Shown in pieces: positions 39,849 through 48,505 of a stretch of DNA of 64,000 nt. The stretch is from Candidatus Binatia bacterium (GTDB lineage Bacteria > Desulfobacterota > Binatia > HRBIN30 > JACQVA1), in contig DATKMK010000063.1 of assembly GCA_035541895.1 (NCBI GenBank), forward strand, positions 140 through 64,139, in the 5' to 3' direction. The notes below the pieces were generated by a model. It was not told the origin of the DNA and ran no database searches. It worked only from the letters and a program-made list of their open reading frames with translations. The stretch's first letter is position 1, and the number at the start of each line of letters is the position of its first letter. The position numbers and the translations under genes were made by a program.

Positions 39849-40739
39849 TCAACGCGGCAAGTCGAGTAGACGCGAGGCCTCCGCGGATGTCGCCACCTCG
39901 CGGCCGACCCGGCGGCAGAGCGCTGCGACTTCCTCCACCAGTTCCAGGTTGGTCGCCGTGCGCGGCCCGGCGTAGTCTTCGAGCCCGACGCGGACGTGGC
40001 CGCCGCGTTCGAGTGCCGCGCGGGCGATGCCCGACTCGACCACGTCGCCGCCGATGACGGCCACCGCCCAAGGCAGATCACAGCCGTCCATCATTTCGAG
40101 ATAGGCGTCCAACGCTTTCACCGTCGGTGGCAAACCGAAGGTCACCCCGGTGGCCCTGCCGCCGAGATAACCTTGATCGCCGCCGAAGTAGAATTTGACG
40201 AACGCGCCGCGCGGCAGTTTGCCGGCGCGGTGATAGACCAGTGCGGTGCGCAAGAAACCGGGTTCGAAGATCGAAATGCTCGGGCCGAGTCGGCACTCGG
40301 CGAGTTGGTTCACCACGTAGCGGATGTCGCCGTAGCCGTTGGCGTAGACGAACTCCACCGGGCCGGGCAGTCCGTCGTCGCCGGCGGCGCCGAGATTGAC
40401 GCTGCCGGGATCGAGCACCCCCATCTTCATCAAGCCCGATTGCGCGAGCGGCGGCACGTGCGCAAACCGCGCATCGACCGATCCGCCGACCGCGACCGTG
40501 CAGTACAGGATCGCGTCGGGTCGCTCGCGCATCACCGGCCGCCAGCCGGCGAGGTACCGCTGCGCGGCCTCGGCGCCGGCAATCGAGAAGTCGTCGATGT
40601 GATTGTGAACGATCGCGGCACCGGCGCCGAAACATCGCAACGCCTCGGCGGCGATTTCCGCCGGAGCCGTCGGCACGTGCGGGTTGCGCGCCTTGGGGGT
40701 GGCACCGTTGATCGCCGCTTCGATGATGACTGGTGTCAT
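39849..40739 (-). CDS. 3-keto-5-aminohexanoate cleavage enzyme family (BKACE/DUF849)
   Basis: MTPVIIEAAINGATPKARNPHVPTAPAEIA...AIVHNHID...HVRVGLEDY motifs. The upstream part of the track ORF overlaps the next gene and is not coding. Confidence 0.85.
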   Translation of the reverse strand: MTPVIIEAAINGATPKARNPHVPTAPAEIAAEALRCFGAGAAIVHNHIDDFSIAGAEAAQRYLAGWRPVMRERPDAILYCTVAVGGSVDARFAHVPPLAQSGLMKMGVLDPGSVNLGAAGDDGLPGPVEFVYANGYGDIRYVVNQLAECRLGPSISIFEPGFLRTALVYHRAGKLPRGAFVKFYFGGDQGYLGGRATGVTFGLPPTVKALDAYLEMMDGCDLPWAVAVIGGDVVESGIARAALERGGHVRVGLEDYAGPRTATNLELVEEVAALCRRVGREVATSAEASRLLDLPR

Positions 40740-40744
40740 GGGAC

Positions 40745-41830
40745 TCACGCGAACCGATACAGCCGCGCGCAGTTGGTCGCGGTGACCTTCTCCACGATCG
40801 CGGCATCGAGTCCGGCAAACGCTTCGGCGACCGCTTCGCGCGAGTGCGGGAAGGTGCTGTCCGGATGCGGGTAGTCGGACGCCCACATGAAGTTGTCCGC
40901 GCCCAGCAATGGAATCAGTTGCGGTCCGAGCGGCTCTTCCTCGAACGTCGCGTAGACTTGCTGATGAAAGATTTCGCTCGGCTTCGCTTTCAGTCGGTAG
41001 TCTTGCGCGTTCGGCACGTGTTTCTTCGCGACTTCGTCCATGCGGCGAACGAAATACGGCAGCCAGCCGATGCCCGATTCCGCCAGCACCAGTCGCAGTT
41101 TCGGATGGCGTTCGAGCACGCCGGAGAAAATCATCATTGCCAGCGGCTCGTCGAGTTGGATCGGGCCGACTGCGGAGAACGCCGCGAGTTCCCAACTGCG
41201 CGGCACCACTCGCACCTGCGAGGTGCCTTTGCCGATGTGAAAGCTCAGCGGCAGGCCGGTCTCCTCGGCGACCGACCAGAAGCGGTCCCATTCGGCGTCG
41301 GTGCAGCGAAACTCGAACGGGCTGATGATGGCGCCGCGATGGCCAAGCCTCGCAACGCGTTGGAGTTCGGCCGTGGACACGTCGGGCGACGACGTCGGCA
41401 ACACGGGCAGCACACACAGACGTTCGGGCGCCGCGCGATTGAATTCCAGCGCCCAGTCGTTGTAGGCCGCCAGCGTCGCGGCTTTCAGCACGGGATCCTC
41501 GATCGGTAGACCGAACAGATTCGGCCCGTAGATCACCGAGGCGTAGACGCCGTCGCGATCCATGTCTTGCAAGCGCAAGGTCGGATTCGCCGCCCGCAAC
41601 CCGTCATCCTCGATGCCGGCGCGGCTGATCGCGCTGTAGTTTCCCATCAGCTTGGTTCCGAAGGGCCCCATCACCGTATTGTCGCAGGTCCACCATGCGC
41701 TGCCGCCTTGCTCGACCACGCGCGGGCCGCGTTCGCGCAGGTTGGCGGGCAGGCGCTCGCCCCACAGATCGCGCGGCAAGTTCCACAGGTCGAGATGATC
41801 GTCGCAGGAATATAGTCGTCCGGTCGTCAT
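40745..41830 (-). CDS. amidohydrolase_2 (ACMSD-like) family metal-dependent hydrolase
   Basis: SCDDHLDLW..., ...MWASDYPHPDSTFP C-terminal motif. Confidence 0.85.
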   Translation of the reverse strand: MTTGRLYSCDDHLDLWNLPRDLWGERLPANLRERGPRVVEQGGSAWWTCDNTVMGPFGTKLMGNYSAISRAGIEDDGLRAANPTLRLQDMDRDGVYASVIYGPNLFGLPIEDPVLKAATLAAYNDWALEFNRAAPERLCVLPVLPTSSPDVSTAELQRVARLGHRGAIISPFEFRCTDAEWDRFWSVAEETGLPLSFHIGKGTSQVRVVPRSWELAAFSAVGPIQLDEPLAMMIFSGVLERHPKLRLVLAESGIGWLPYFVRRMDEVAKKHVPNAQDYRLKAKPSEIFHQQVYATFEEEPLGPQLIPLLGADNFMWASDYPHPDSTFPHSREAVAEAFAGLDAAIVEKVTATNCARLYRFA

Positions 41831-41874
41831 GTGCCGATTCTAGACCGGGTGGTGCCCCACTTGTCCAGCGCTGA

Positions 41875-42762
41875 TCACACCTTCGCGATGACCTCTTCAG
41901 CGAACCGCTCCATGTGCGGAAACAGATGCGTCTCGAACTTCGCCCGCGGGACGAAACCGGGCGCGAAAGCCATCAGACGGTGAACACCGACGTCCTCGAA
42001 ACGGCGCACGGTGTCGAGGTTGAAAGGCAAGTCGCCGCCGATGCCGCAGGTGATCTCGAAGTGAGAGAAGTCGCGGCCGGCCGCCTCGGCGAACGCGCGC
42101 AGTTGCGCGATCACCGGCGTGAGTTGATCGGGCGTGAATCGTGATCCGTACCAACCGTCACCGATCTCGGCCGCCCGCTTGAGCGCGACGCGGGTCTCGC
42201 CGCCAACAATCAGCGGCGGGTGCGGCTTCTGCACCGGCTTGGGATTGAAACCCAGCCGCGGAAAGCTCTGGAAGCGCCCGGAGAACTCCGGCGTCTCTTC
42301 GCTCCACAGCGCCTTCATCATCCGGACGAACTCGCGCGTGCGTGCCGCGCGGTCTTTGAACGGTACGCCCACCGCGTTGAATTCCTCCTCCAGCCAGCCG
42401 ATGCCGATCCCGAACAGCAGGCGTCCGTTCGAAAGCACATCGAGGGTCGCGACGGCCTTCGCCGTCGCTAGGGGATTGCGCAGCGGCAGGACGAACACGC
42501 CGGTGCCCAATTTGATGCGCGTGGTGCAACCGGCGACGAACGCCAGCGCCACCATGGGATCGTGCAAGGCCACGCTCGGGCCGCCGGGGAACTTGCCGTC
42601 GGGCGAGTACGGATACGGGGTTCGCATATCCACCGGGATCACCAAATGCTCGGGAATCCAGATCGATTCGAAGCCCAGTGCCTCGGCCTTCTGCACCACC
42701 TGCTGCAATGCTGCCGGTCGCGCGGTCGAGCCGGTTCCAACCCCGTTCATGGCGAACTTCAT
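41875..42762 (-). CDS. LLM-class F420-dependent oxidoreductase-like protein
   Basis: AEALGFESIWIPEHLVIP...GTGVFVLPLRNPLATAKAVATLDVLSNGRLLFGIGIGWLEEEF. Confidence 0.85.
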   Translation of the reverse strand: MKFAMNGVGTGSTARPAALQQVVQKAEALGFESIWIPEHLVIPVDMRTPYPYSPDGKFPGGPSVALHDPMVALAFVAGCTTRIKLGTGVFVLPLRNPLATAKAVATLDVLSNGRLLFGIGIGWLEEEFNAVGVPFKDRAARTREFVRMMKALWSEETPEFSGRFQSFPRLGFNPKPVQKPHPPLIVGGETRVALKRAAEIGDGWYGSRFTPDQLTPVIAQLRAFAEAAGRDFSHFEITCGIGGDLPFNLDTVRRFEDVGVHRLMAFAPGFVPRAKFETHLFPHMERFAEEVIAKV

Positions 42763-42913
42763 GCGCCCTCCCTTTCAACGCGATTACGCATACTCCGGCT
42801 TGATGCCACCGCGCTAGGAGGTGGCGTGTATCGTTGCGCTCAGGCCGCTTCTTCTCCACCAGTTCTTGACCGCCGTGGCGTGGGCGCCCTATAGCCAAGA
42901 CGCGAAGCACGCG

Positions 42914-44065
42914 ATGACCATCATCGACTCCGATCAACATTTGTACGAATCGCGTTCGCTGTGGCGCGAGCATATCGATCCCGCCATGCGCGATGAGGCG
43001 CTTCGGATCGAAGACGATGCGACCGGCACCCCGCGACTGCGCTGGCGCACCCTCGATATCGGCATCGCGGAGATCCAAGTGCCCGGCCGCTCCGCCGACG
43101 TCGGCGAGCGGCATCGCCGGGCGCGTGACGGTGCGCCGCCGCTCGAATCCTACGATGCGCTGCTGCCGCGCGACTACTGGGAGCCGCGGGCGCGTCTCGC
43201 CAAGCTCGCCGAACTCGCCGTCGACGAGGGCGTGCTGTTTCCGAATTACGGGCTGCTGTGGGAGCGCACCTTGCACCAGTCGCTGCCGGCGCTGCTCGCC
43301 AACATGGCGGCGTGGAACCGCTGGTGCGTCACCGTGGCGCAGGAGGGCAGCGGCCGATTGCATCCGGTGGCGCATCTCAGCCTGCGCGATCCGGACTGGC
43401 TGCGCGCGCAGCTCCGCGATCTCGGGCGCGCCGGAGTGCGGCTGGCGATGATCGCGCCGGCGCTGGTTGACGGCCGTCCACTGTCGCACCGCGACCACGA
43501 TCCGTCGTGGTCGGCGTTCTGCGACGCTGGGATCACGCCCGTCTTCCATGTCGCCGAGCAGCCGCGCGTCTTTGCCGACGCCTGGTACACCGACGATCGC
43601 AATGCGTTCGTGCCGGCGCTCGAAGCCGTCTTTCTCTACATCCCCGCGGCGCTCGCCTGCAGCGATCTCATCCTCAACGGCACGCTCGAGCGGTTTTCCG
43701 ACCTGCGCATCGGCATCGTCGAGCTGTCGGCGATGTGGGTGCCGATGTATCTGATGATGCTCGACGGCGCGACGGCGTTCACCCGCCAGATCAACGGGGG
43801 TTCGGCGTTGCCGACGTTGCCGCTGTCGCCAAGCGACTACTTCCGCCGCCAGGTTCGCGTCTCCTCGTTCGCGTACGAATCGCCCGCAGCGATCGTGCAG
43901 CAACTCGGCGGAACCGATCTGCTGATGTGCTGCAGCGATTACCCGCATTCGGAGGGTACGCTGACGCCGATCCAGGACTACGTCGCCGTCGGTCTCGACG
44001 GCCGCACCGGCGCCGCGCGTGGTTTGTTCAACGACAACATCGCCTTCCTGCTCCGCAAGCGCTGA
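42914..44065 (+). CDS. amidohydrolase_2 family metal-dependent hydrolase
   Basis: MTIIDSDQHLYE... (HxH-like start) and ...LMCCSDYPHSEG C-terminal motif. Confidence 0.8.
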   Translation: MTIIDSDQHLYESRSLWREHIDPAMRDEALRIEDDATGTPRLRWRTLDIGIAEIQVPGRSADVGERHRRARDGAPPLESYDALLPRDYWEPRARLAKLAELAVDEGVLFPNYGLLWERTLHQSLPALLANMAAWNRWCVTVAQEGSGRLHPVAHLSLRDPDWLRAQLRDLGRAGVRLAMIAPALVDGRPLSHRDHDPSWSAFCDAGITPVFHVAEQPRVFADAWYTDDRNAFVPALEAVFLYIPAALACSDLILNGTLERFSDLRIGIVELSAMWVPMYLMMLDGATAFTRQINGGSALPTLPLSPSDYFRRQVRVSSFAYESPAAIVQQLGGTDLLMCCSDYPHSEGTLTPIQDYVAVGLDGRTGAARGLFNDNIAFLLRKR

Positions 44066-44161
44066 CCCGCCCATCCACCGACCGCTTGGTTGGTGCAGCA
44101 TTCCACCGACACAGTGCATCCCTCGTGGTGTCGGCGCTGCTGTGCGCCGGGAGTGTTGTCG

Positions 44162-46885
44162 ATGCACGTTCGAGAAGAGAATCGCCGCGGCCACGCGACC
44201 GCTGCTGCTTGCAATCAAAGACTGAGCACTCGTCATCTGGGGCCTGAGCATCGGTTCGCCTGGCTGCTGACAATCGCTTTCGTCGTGTTGCCGACCATCG
44301 GCCACGCCGCCGGCTACACCGTGATCGGCTGGAACAATCTCGGTATGCATTGCATGGACGCCGACTATTCGGTGTTCGCGTTGCTGCCCCCGTACAACAC
44401 CGTCAACGCCCAGCTCGTCGATCCGCAAGGTCGGTTGGTACGCGACCCCGGAGCGATCACCGTAACCTACCAGGCGATCGCCGATCCCGAGGGATCGATC
44501 AACACCTCGTCCATCGGCAAGACCAACTTCTGGCAATTCGTCGAACCGCTCTTCGGCATCGCGCCGGCTCCGGACGTTGGACTGGCCGGCAGCGCGATGC
44601 CCGGATCGACCAATCAGCCGCAGGCGATGCTGTTGGATGCCGCCGCGGGGTGGTTCGTGGCGGACGGCATCCCGATCACGCCGCGCGACGATGCCGGCAA
44701 TCGCCAGTCGTATCCGCTGATGCGGCTGATCGCCCGCGACGCCAACGGCACCGCGCTCGCCAGCACCGACGTGGTGCTGCCGGTCTCCGACGAGATGGAC
44801 TGTCGCAGTTGCCACGCCTCGGGCAGCAGCCCGAGGGCGCAGCCGGTCGCCGGCTGGGTCAACGATCCCGATCCGCAGCGCGATATGCGGCTCAACATTT
44901 TGCGGCTGCACGATGATCGCGAGGGCGGCACACCCGCATTTCAGCAGGCGCTCACGATGGCGGGATACAATGCGTCGGGGCTGTTCGCGACCGCGACCGC
45001 CGATGCCACGCCGATTCTGTGCGCCCGCTGCCACGCGTCCAACGCGCTGCCCGGCACCGGACTGCCCGGCATCGAGCCGCTGACGCAGGCCATCCATCGG
45101 CGCATGGCGTCGACGGTCGATCCGGCCACCGGCACGCTCCTCAACGACAGCACCAATCGCTCGGCGTGTTACCGCTGTCATCCGGGCGCAGTCACGCGAT
45201 GCCTGCGCGGCGTCATGGGCAACGCCGTCGCGGCGGACGGCACCCGCGCGATTCAATGTCAGAGTTGTCACGGCTCGATGCTGGACGTCGCGGCGACGAC
45301 GCGCGACGGCTGGCTCGATGAACCGGTGTGCCAGAGCTGTCACACCGGCACCGCGGTCAACAACAACGGGCAGATTCGCTACCTCTCGGCCTTCGACACC
45401 AACAACCAACCGCGCGTCGCCGTCGATCAAACCTTCGCGACCGATCGTGACACGCCCGACGCCGGTCACTCGCTCTATCGGTTTTCGAGCGGACACGGGG
45501 GCCTCAAGTGCGAAGCGTGTCACGGCCCAACGCACGCGGAGTTTCCCAGCTCGCACGCCAACGACAATATCCAGAGCATCGCGCACCAAGGACATGTCGG
45601 CGTGCTTGCCGAGTGTTCGGCTTGTCATCCGTCGACGCCGAACACCATCAACGGCGGTCCGCACGGTATGCATCCGATCGGCCAGGACTGGGTGCAGCGC
45701 CATCCCGATGCGTTGGAGGGTAGCCACGATTCGGAAGGCGGCGATGCCGCCGCGAGCAGCGGAACGGCACAATGTCAAGCCTGTCACGGCATCGACTACC
45801 GCGGCACCGAGTTGTCGCGCGCGCAGGCCGATCGCACCTTGCGTACCGAATTCGGCACCAAACAATTTTGGCGCGGCTTCCAAATCGGCTGCTACACGTG
45901 TCATCGCGGTCCGCAGAACGACAATGCCAATCCGAATCGGGCACCGCAGGCCAGCGACGCGGCGGCGGTCACCACGGGGGACACGCCGGTGACGATCACG
46001 CTGGACGCCAGCGATCCCGACGAGAATCCGCTCACGCTCCGCATCGTGTCGCAGCCGAGTCACGGCACCGTCGCCCTCACCGGGGCGCAATCCATCTACT
46101 ATCCCGACAGCGGCTTCAGCGGCGATGACTCCTACACCTTCGCCGCGTGGGATGGCTCGACCAACTCGAACTTGGCCACGGTGTCGGTATCGGTCAGCGA
46201 GGTCGCCGCGGCAGCGGCACCCACTGTGACTGCAACGCCGACGGCCATCGCGACGGCCGCCGCGGCCAGCGCGTCCGATTGCCTTGGCGACTGCGACGGC
46301 AACGGGATCGTGTCGGTCGACGAGCTGGTGCTGGGCGCCAATATTGCGCTCGGGCTGCAACAGCCGGCGAGCTGCCCTGCATTCGATTGCAACCACAACG
46401 GACAAGTCACGGTCGATTGCTTGGTCAAGGCGGTGAATGCGGCGCTGAGCGGCTGCACCGCCACCGCGGCAACTGCGGCGGTCGCTGTCACGGCGACGCC
46501 GACGTCGATTCCACCGACCCCGACACCGACCGCGACGAGTTCCGGCAACTCCGGCGCAACACTCGCCGCGATTCAAACCACGATCTTTGCGAGGTCCTGC
46601 ATCGACGCCGGGTGTCACAGCGGCGCGTTCCCGGCCGGCGGCTTGTCGCTCGAAGCGGGCAAGGCGCACGACCAACTCGTCGGCGTTCAGCCGTCCAACT
46701 TCGCCGCGCTGCAAGCCGGGCTAGTGCGCGTCAAGCCCGGCGATCCGGACGGCAGCTTTCTAGTCGCCAAGGTCAGCGGGCCAACCGCGGCGGAAGGGTC
46801 AGTGATGCCGCTGGGCAAGCCGCCGTTGACGGCGGCGCAGATTCAGTTGATTCGCGACTGGATCACGGCGGGAGCGTTGCCGTGA
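44162..46885 (+). CDS. secreted multiheme c-type cytochrome with Ig/cadherin-like, dockerin-like and PSCyt1-like C-terminal modules
   Basis: Signal-like FAWLLTIAFVVLPTIGHAAG. Nine CXXCH motifs between 44801 and 45904 (CRSCH, CARCH, CYRCH, CQSCH x2, CEACH, CSACH, CQACH, CYTCH). Also ...TITLDASDPDENPLTLRIVSQPSHGTVAL, dockerin-like CLGDCDGNGIVSVDELV...CNHNGQVTVDCLVKAVNAALSGC (46280-46456), and a C-terminal CIDAGCH ... LIRDWITAGA. Confidence 0.85.
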   Translation: MHVREENRRGHATAAACNQRLSTRHLGPEHRFAWLLTIAFVVLPTIGHAAGYTVIGWNNLGMHCMDADYSVFALLPPYNTVNAQLVDPQGRLVRDPGAITVTYQAIADPEGSINTSSIGKTNFWQFVEPLFGIAPAPDVGLAGSAMPGSTNQPQAMLLDAAAGWFVADGIPITPRDDAGNRQSYPLMRLIARDANGTALASTDVVLPVSDEMDCRSCHASGSSPRAQPVAGWVNDPDPQRDMRLNILRLHDDREGGTPAFQQALTMAGYNASGLFATATADATPILCARCHASNALPGTGLPGIEPLTQAIHRRMASTVDPATGTLLNDSTNRSACYRCHPGAVTRCLRGVMGNAVAADGTRAIQCQSCHGSMLDVAATTRDGWLDEPVCQSCHTGTAVNNNGQIRYLSAFDTNNQPRVAVDQTFATDRDTPDAGHSLYRFSSGHGGLKCEACHGPTHAEFPSSHANDNIQSIAHQGHVGVLAECSACHPSTPNTINGGPHGMHPIGQDWVQRHPDALEGSHDSEGGDAAASSGTAQCQACHGIDYRGTELSRAQADRTLRTEFGTKQFWRGFQIGCYTCHRGPQNDNANPNRAPQASDAAAVTTGDTPVTITLDASDPDENPLTLRIVSQPSHGTVALTGAQSIYYPDSGFSGDDSYTFAAWDGSTNSNLATVSVSVSEVAAAAAPTVTATPTAIATAAAASASDCLGDCDGNGIVSVDELVLGANIALGLQQPASCPAFDCNHNGQVTVDCLVKAVNAALSGCTATAATAAVAVTATPTSIPPTPTPTATSSGNSGATLAAIQTTIFARSCIDAGCHSGAFPAGGLSLEAGKAHDQLVGVQPSNFAALQAGLVRVKPGDPDGSFLVAKVSGPTAAEGSVMPLGKPPLTAAQIQLIRDWITAGALP

Positions 46886-46915
46886 GCGTCACCGGCGGGC
46901 CGGTCGGAACCGCGC

Positions 46916-48358
46916 TTACGCGCCGGCTTGTTCGACTGTCAGATACCGGCGGACGACATCGGCCACCTGATTGCCGCCGCGCACCGCGTAGTTGGTTCCG
47001 CGATCTTCGGGATAGAGTTGTGCCATCGATGCGCTGAACAAGCCCGGAACCGGCGTTGCGTACGGCAGCAGACGCTCGCCGTAGTTCACGGTCACGATCG
47101 GCTGCGCAAAGTGGTCGCGCATGATCATCACCTTCTCGATCCAGCTCGCGTCGAACGCCGGATTCACCCGCTTGAAGTGTGGCAGGTAGCGCGCGAGCAC
47201 TTGATCCGAGGATAGGCCGAAGAACTCCTCGTCGGGATAGGTGTAGTGGGACACGTATACGATGTGGCGACCGTTGTAGTGTGAGGGTGGAATGTAGTTG
47301 GTGTGCTCGATCAAGCCCCCGTAAGGCACGGAGACGTCACTGACGTTCATCCAGTAGATCGGTGACAGCGAGCGCTTGAGGATCACGATGGTGCACACCA
47401 CGCCCGAATGATCGAGCGCGTTGGCGGTCTGTCGCCACGCAGCCGGCAGCACCGGCGTCAGGTCGGCGAGCAACACCGGCGCGACGGTGCTGATCACCGC
47501 GTCGAAGGAATACGAGCCGCGACTGGTGTCGATGCGAATCGGTGCGCCGCGGAAACTCGCCCAGTCCGGTCCGCCGTTGCGCGACGCCGCGCGGCGCAAG
47601 TTGGAAATGAACTCCGGAGCGCTTGCGTCCGACGGCAGCAAACGCGTCGGGGTGCTCTCGACCCGTCGGACCACCGCCCCCGGATGGAGCACGCCACCGA
47701 GTGCGCGCACCCGCTCGATCAGGCGGTCGAGCAGTGTTCCAAAACTGCCGCGCACGTAGCCCAGACTCTCCTGCGTCCCGCCCTTGGTGCGCGAGGTGGC
47801 GCGCAGGCGGAATTTGCCCCACATCCACACCATCGCCACCCGCTCGGCGTTGCGGCCGAACTTCACCCGCAACATGGGACCGAAGACCGCATCGGTCACC
47901 GCCTTGCCCGCGTAGCGGCGATACCAATCGACCGCGTTGACCGACTCGAACGGCTTCGGATTGGGAAAGCGTTGGAGAAACACACCGGTGGCGCCGAGAC
48001 GGACGCGGTCAACCACGCTCAACGGCGTGAACCGCAGCAGGTCCGCCGGCGTCGTGAACGGATAGACTCTGCCGCCGTGAAACATGCCCATCGGCGGCGA
48101 CGGCCAATCGATTGCAACCCCCAGCTCGTCGGCCAGCGCGATGATGTCGCGGTCGCTGGTGAACAGATGATGGTAGTACTTCTCCAACCGGGCGCCGCCG
48201 AGCACGTCGACCTCGAAGGTCATTGCCAGCCCGCCGAGCTGATGCGAGCGCTCGAACACCTCGACGTGATAGCCGGCTTGGGCGAGACGGTGCGCCGCGG
48301 TCAGTCCGGTGAACCCGCCGCCGATGATGCCGATCGATGGGGTGCGACGCTCGGCCAT
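46916..48358 (-). CDS. NAD(P)/FAD-dependent oxidoreductase (amine oxidase / phytoene desaturase-like fold)
   Basis: SIGIIGGGFTGLTAAHRLAQAGYHVEVFERSHQLGG dinucleotide-binding motif. Start taken at MAERRT. Confidence 0.85.
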   Translation of the reverse strand: MAERRTPSIGIIGGGFTGLTAAHRLAQAGYHVEVFERSHQLGGLAMTFEVDVLGGARLEKYYHHLFTSDRDIIALADELGVAIDWPSPPMGMFHGGRVYPFTTPADLLRFTPLSVVDRVRLGATGVFLQRFPNPKPFESVNAVDWYRRYAGKAVTDAVFGPMLRVKFGRNAERVAMVWMWGKFRLRATSRTKGGTQESLGYVRGSFGTLLDRLIERVRALGGVLHPGAVVRRVESTPTRLLPSDASAPEFISNLRRAASRNGGPDWASFRGAPIRIDTSRGSYSFDAVISTVAPVLLADLTPVLPAAWRQTANALDHSGVVCTIVILKRSLSPIYWMNVSDVSVPYGGLIEHTNYIPPSHYNGRHIVYVSHYTYPDEEFFGLSSDQVLARYLPHFKRVNPAFDASWIEKVMIMRDHFAQPIVTVNYGERLLPYATPVPGLFSASMAQLYPEDRGTNYAVRGGNQVADVVRRYLTVEQAGA

Positions 48359-48364
48359 TTCGAT

Positions 48365-48464
48365 CGCGTTATAGCGTTCGCGACCACAAAGCAAAACGGG
48401 CCGCAGCCGACGACGCGCCCGAGCGCGACGTTGCAATCGGTGGCGACGCGTTATAGCGTTCGCG
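48365..48464. promoter_or_regulatory. two perfect 18-bp direct repeats in a divergent promoter region (candidate operator pair)
   Basis: CGCGTTATAGCGTTCGCG occurs at 48365-48382 and again at 48447-48464 (82-nt period). The region lies between the starts of the FAD oxidoreductase (-) and the DUF2298 gene (+). Each copy contains GCGTT-ata-GCGTT. Confidence 0.45.
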
Positions 48465-48505
48465 CGCTCAAATCCAACGGACGAGAACGTCTATTCGCGT
48501 TGCCG

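Noticed and set aside
42158-46714. 1518-aa ORF on the minus strand, the longest in the track
   Set aside because: It is Arg/Gly/Ala-rich low-information sequence. It is antisense to three well-supported plus/minus genes (LLM, amidohydrolase_2, multiheme cytochrome). This is a typical stop-poor shadow frame of high-GC DNA.
47408-48505. N-terminal 366 codons of the 1082-aa track ORF (47408..50656)
   Set aside because: This part is antisense to the FAD oxidoreductase and is Arg-rich. The hydrophobic DUF2298 sequence begins at ATG 48506. Similar non-coding 5' extensions were trimmed from 6470..7909, 7381..8658, 30958..32679, 39849..41417, 54756..55640 and 59305..60585.
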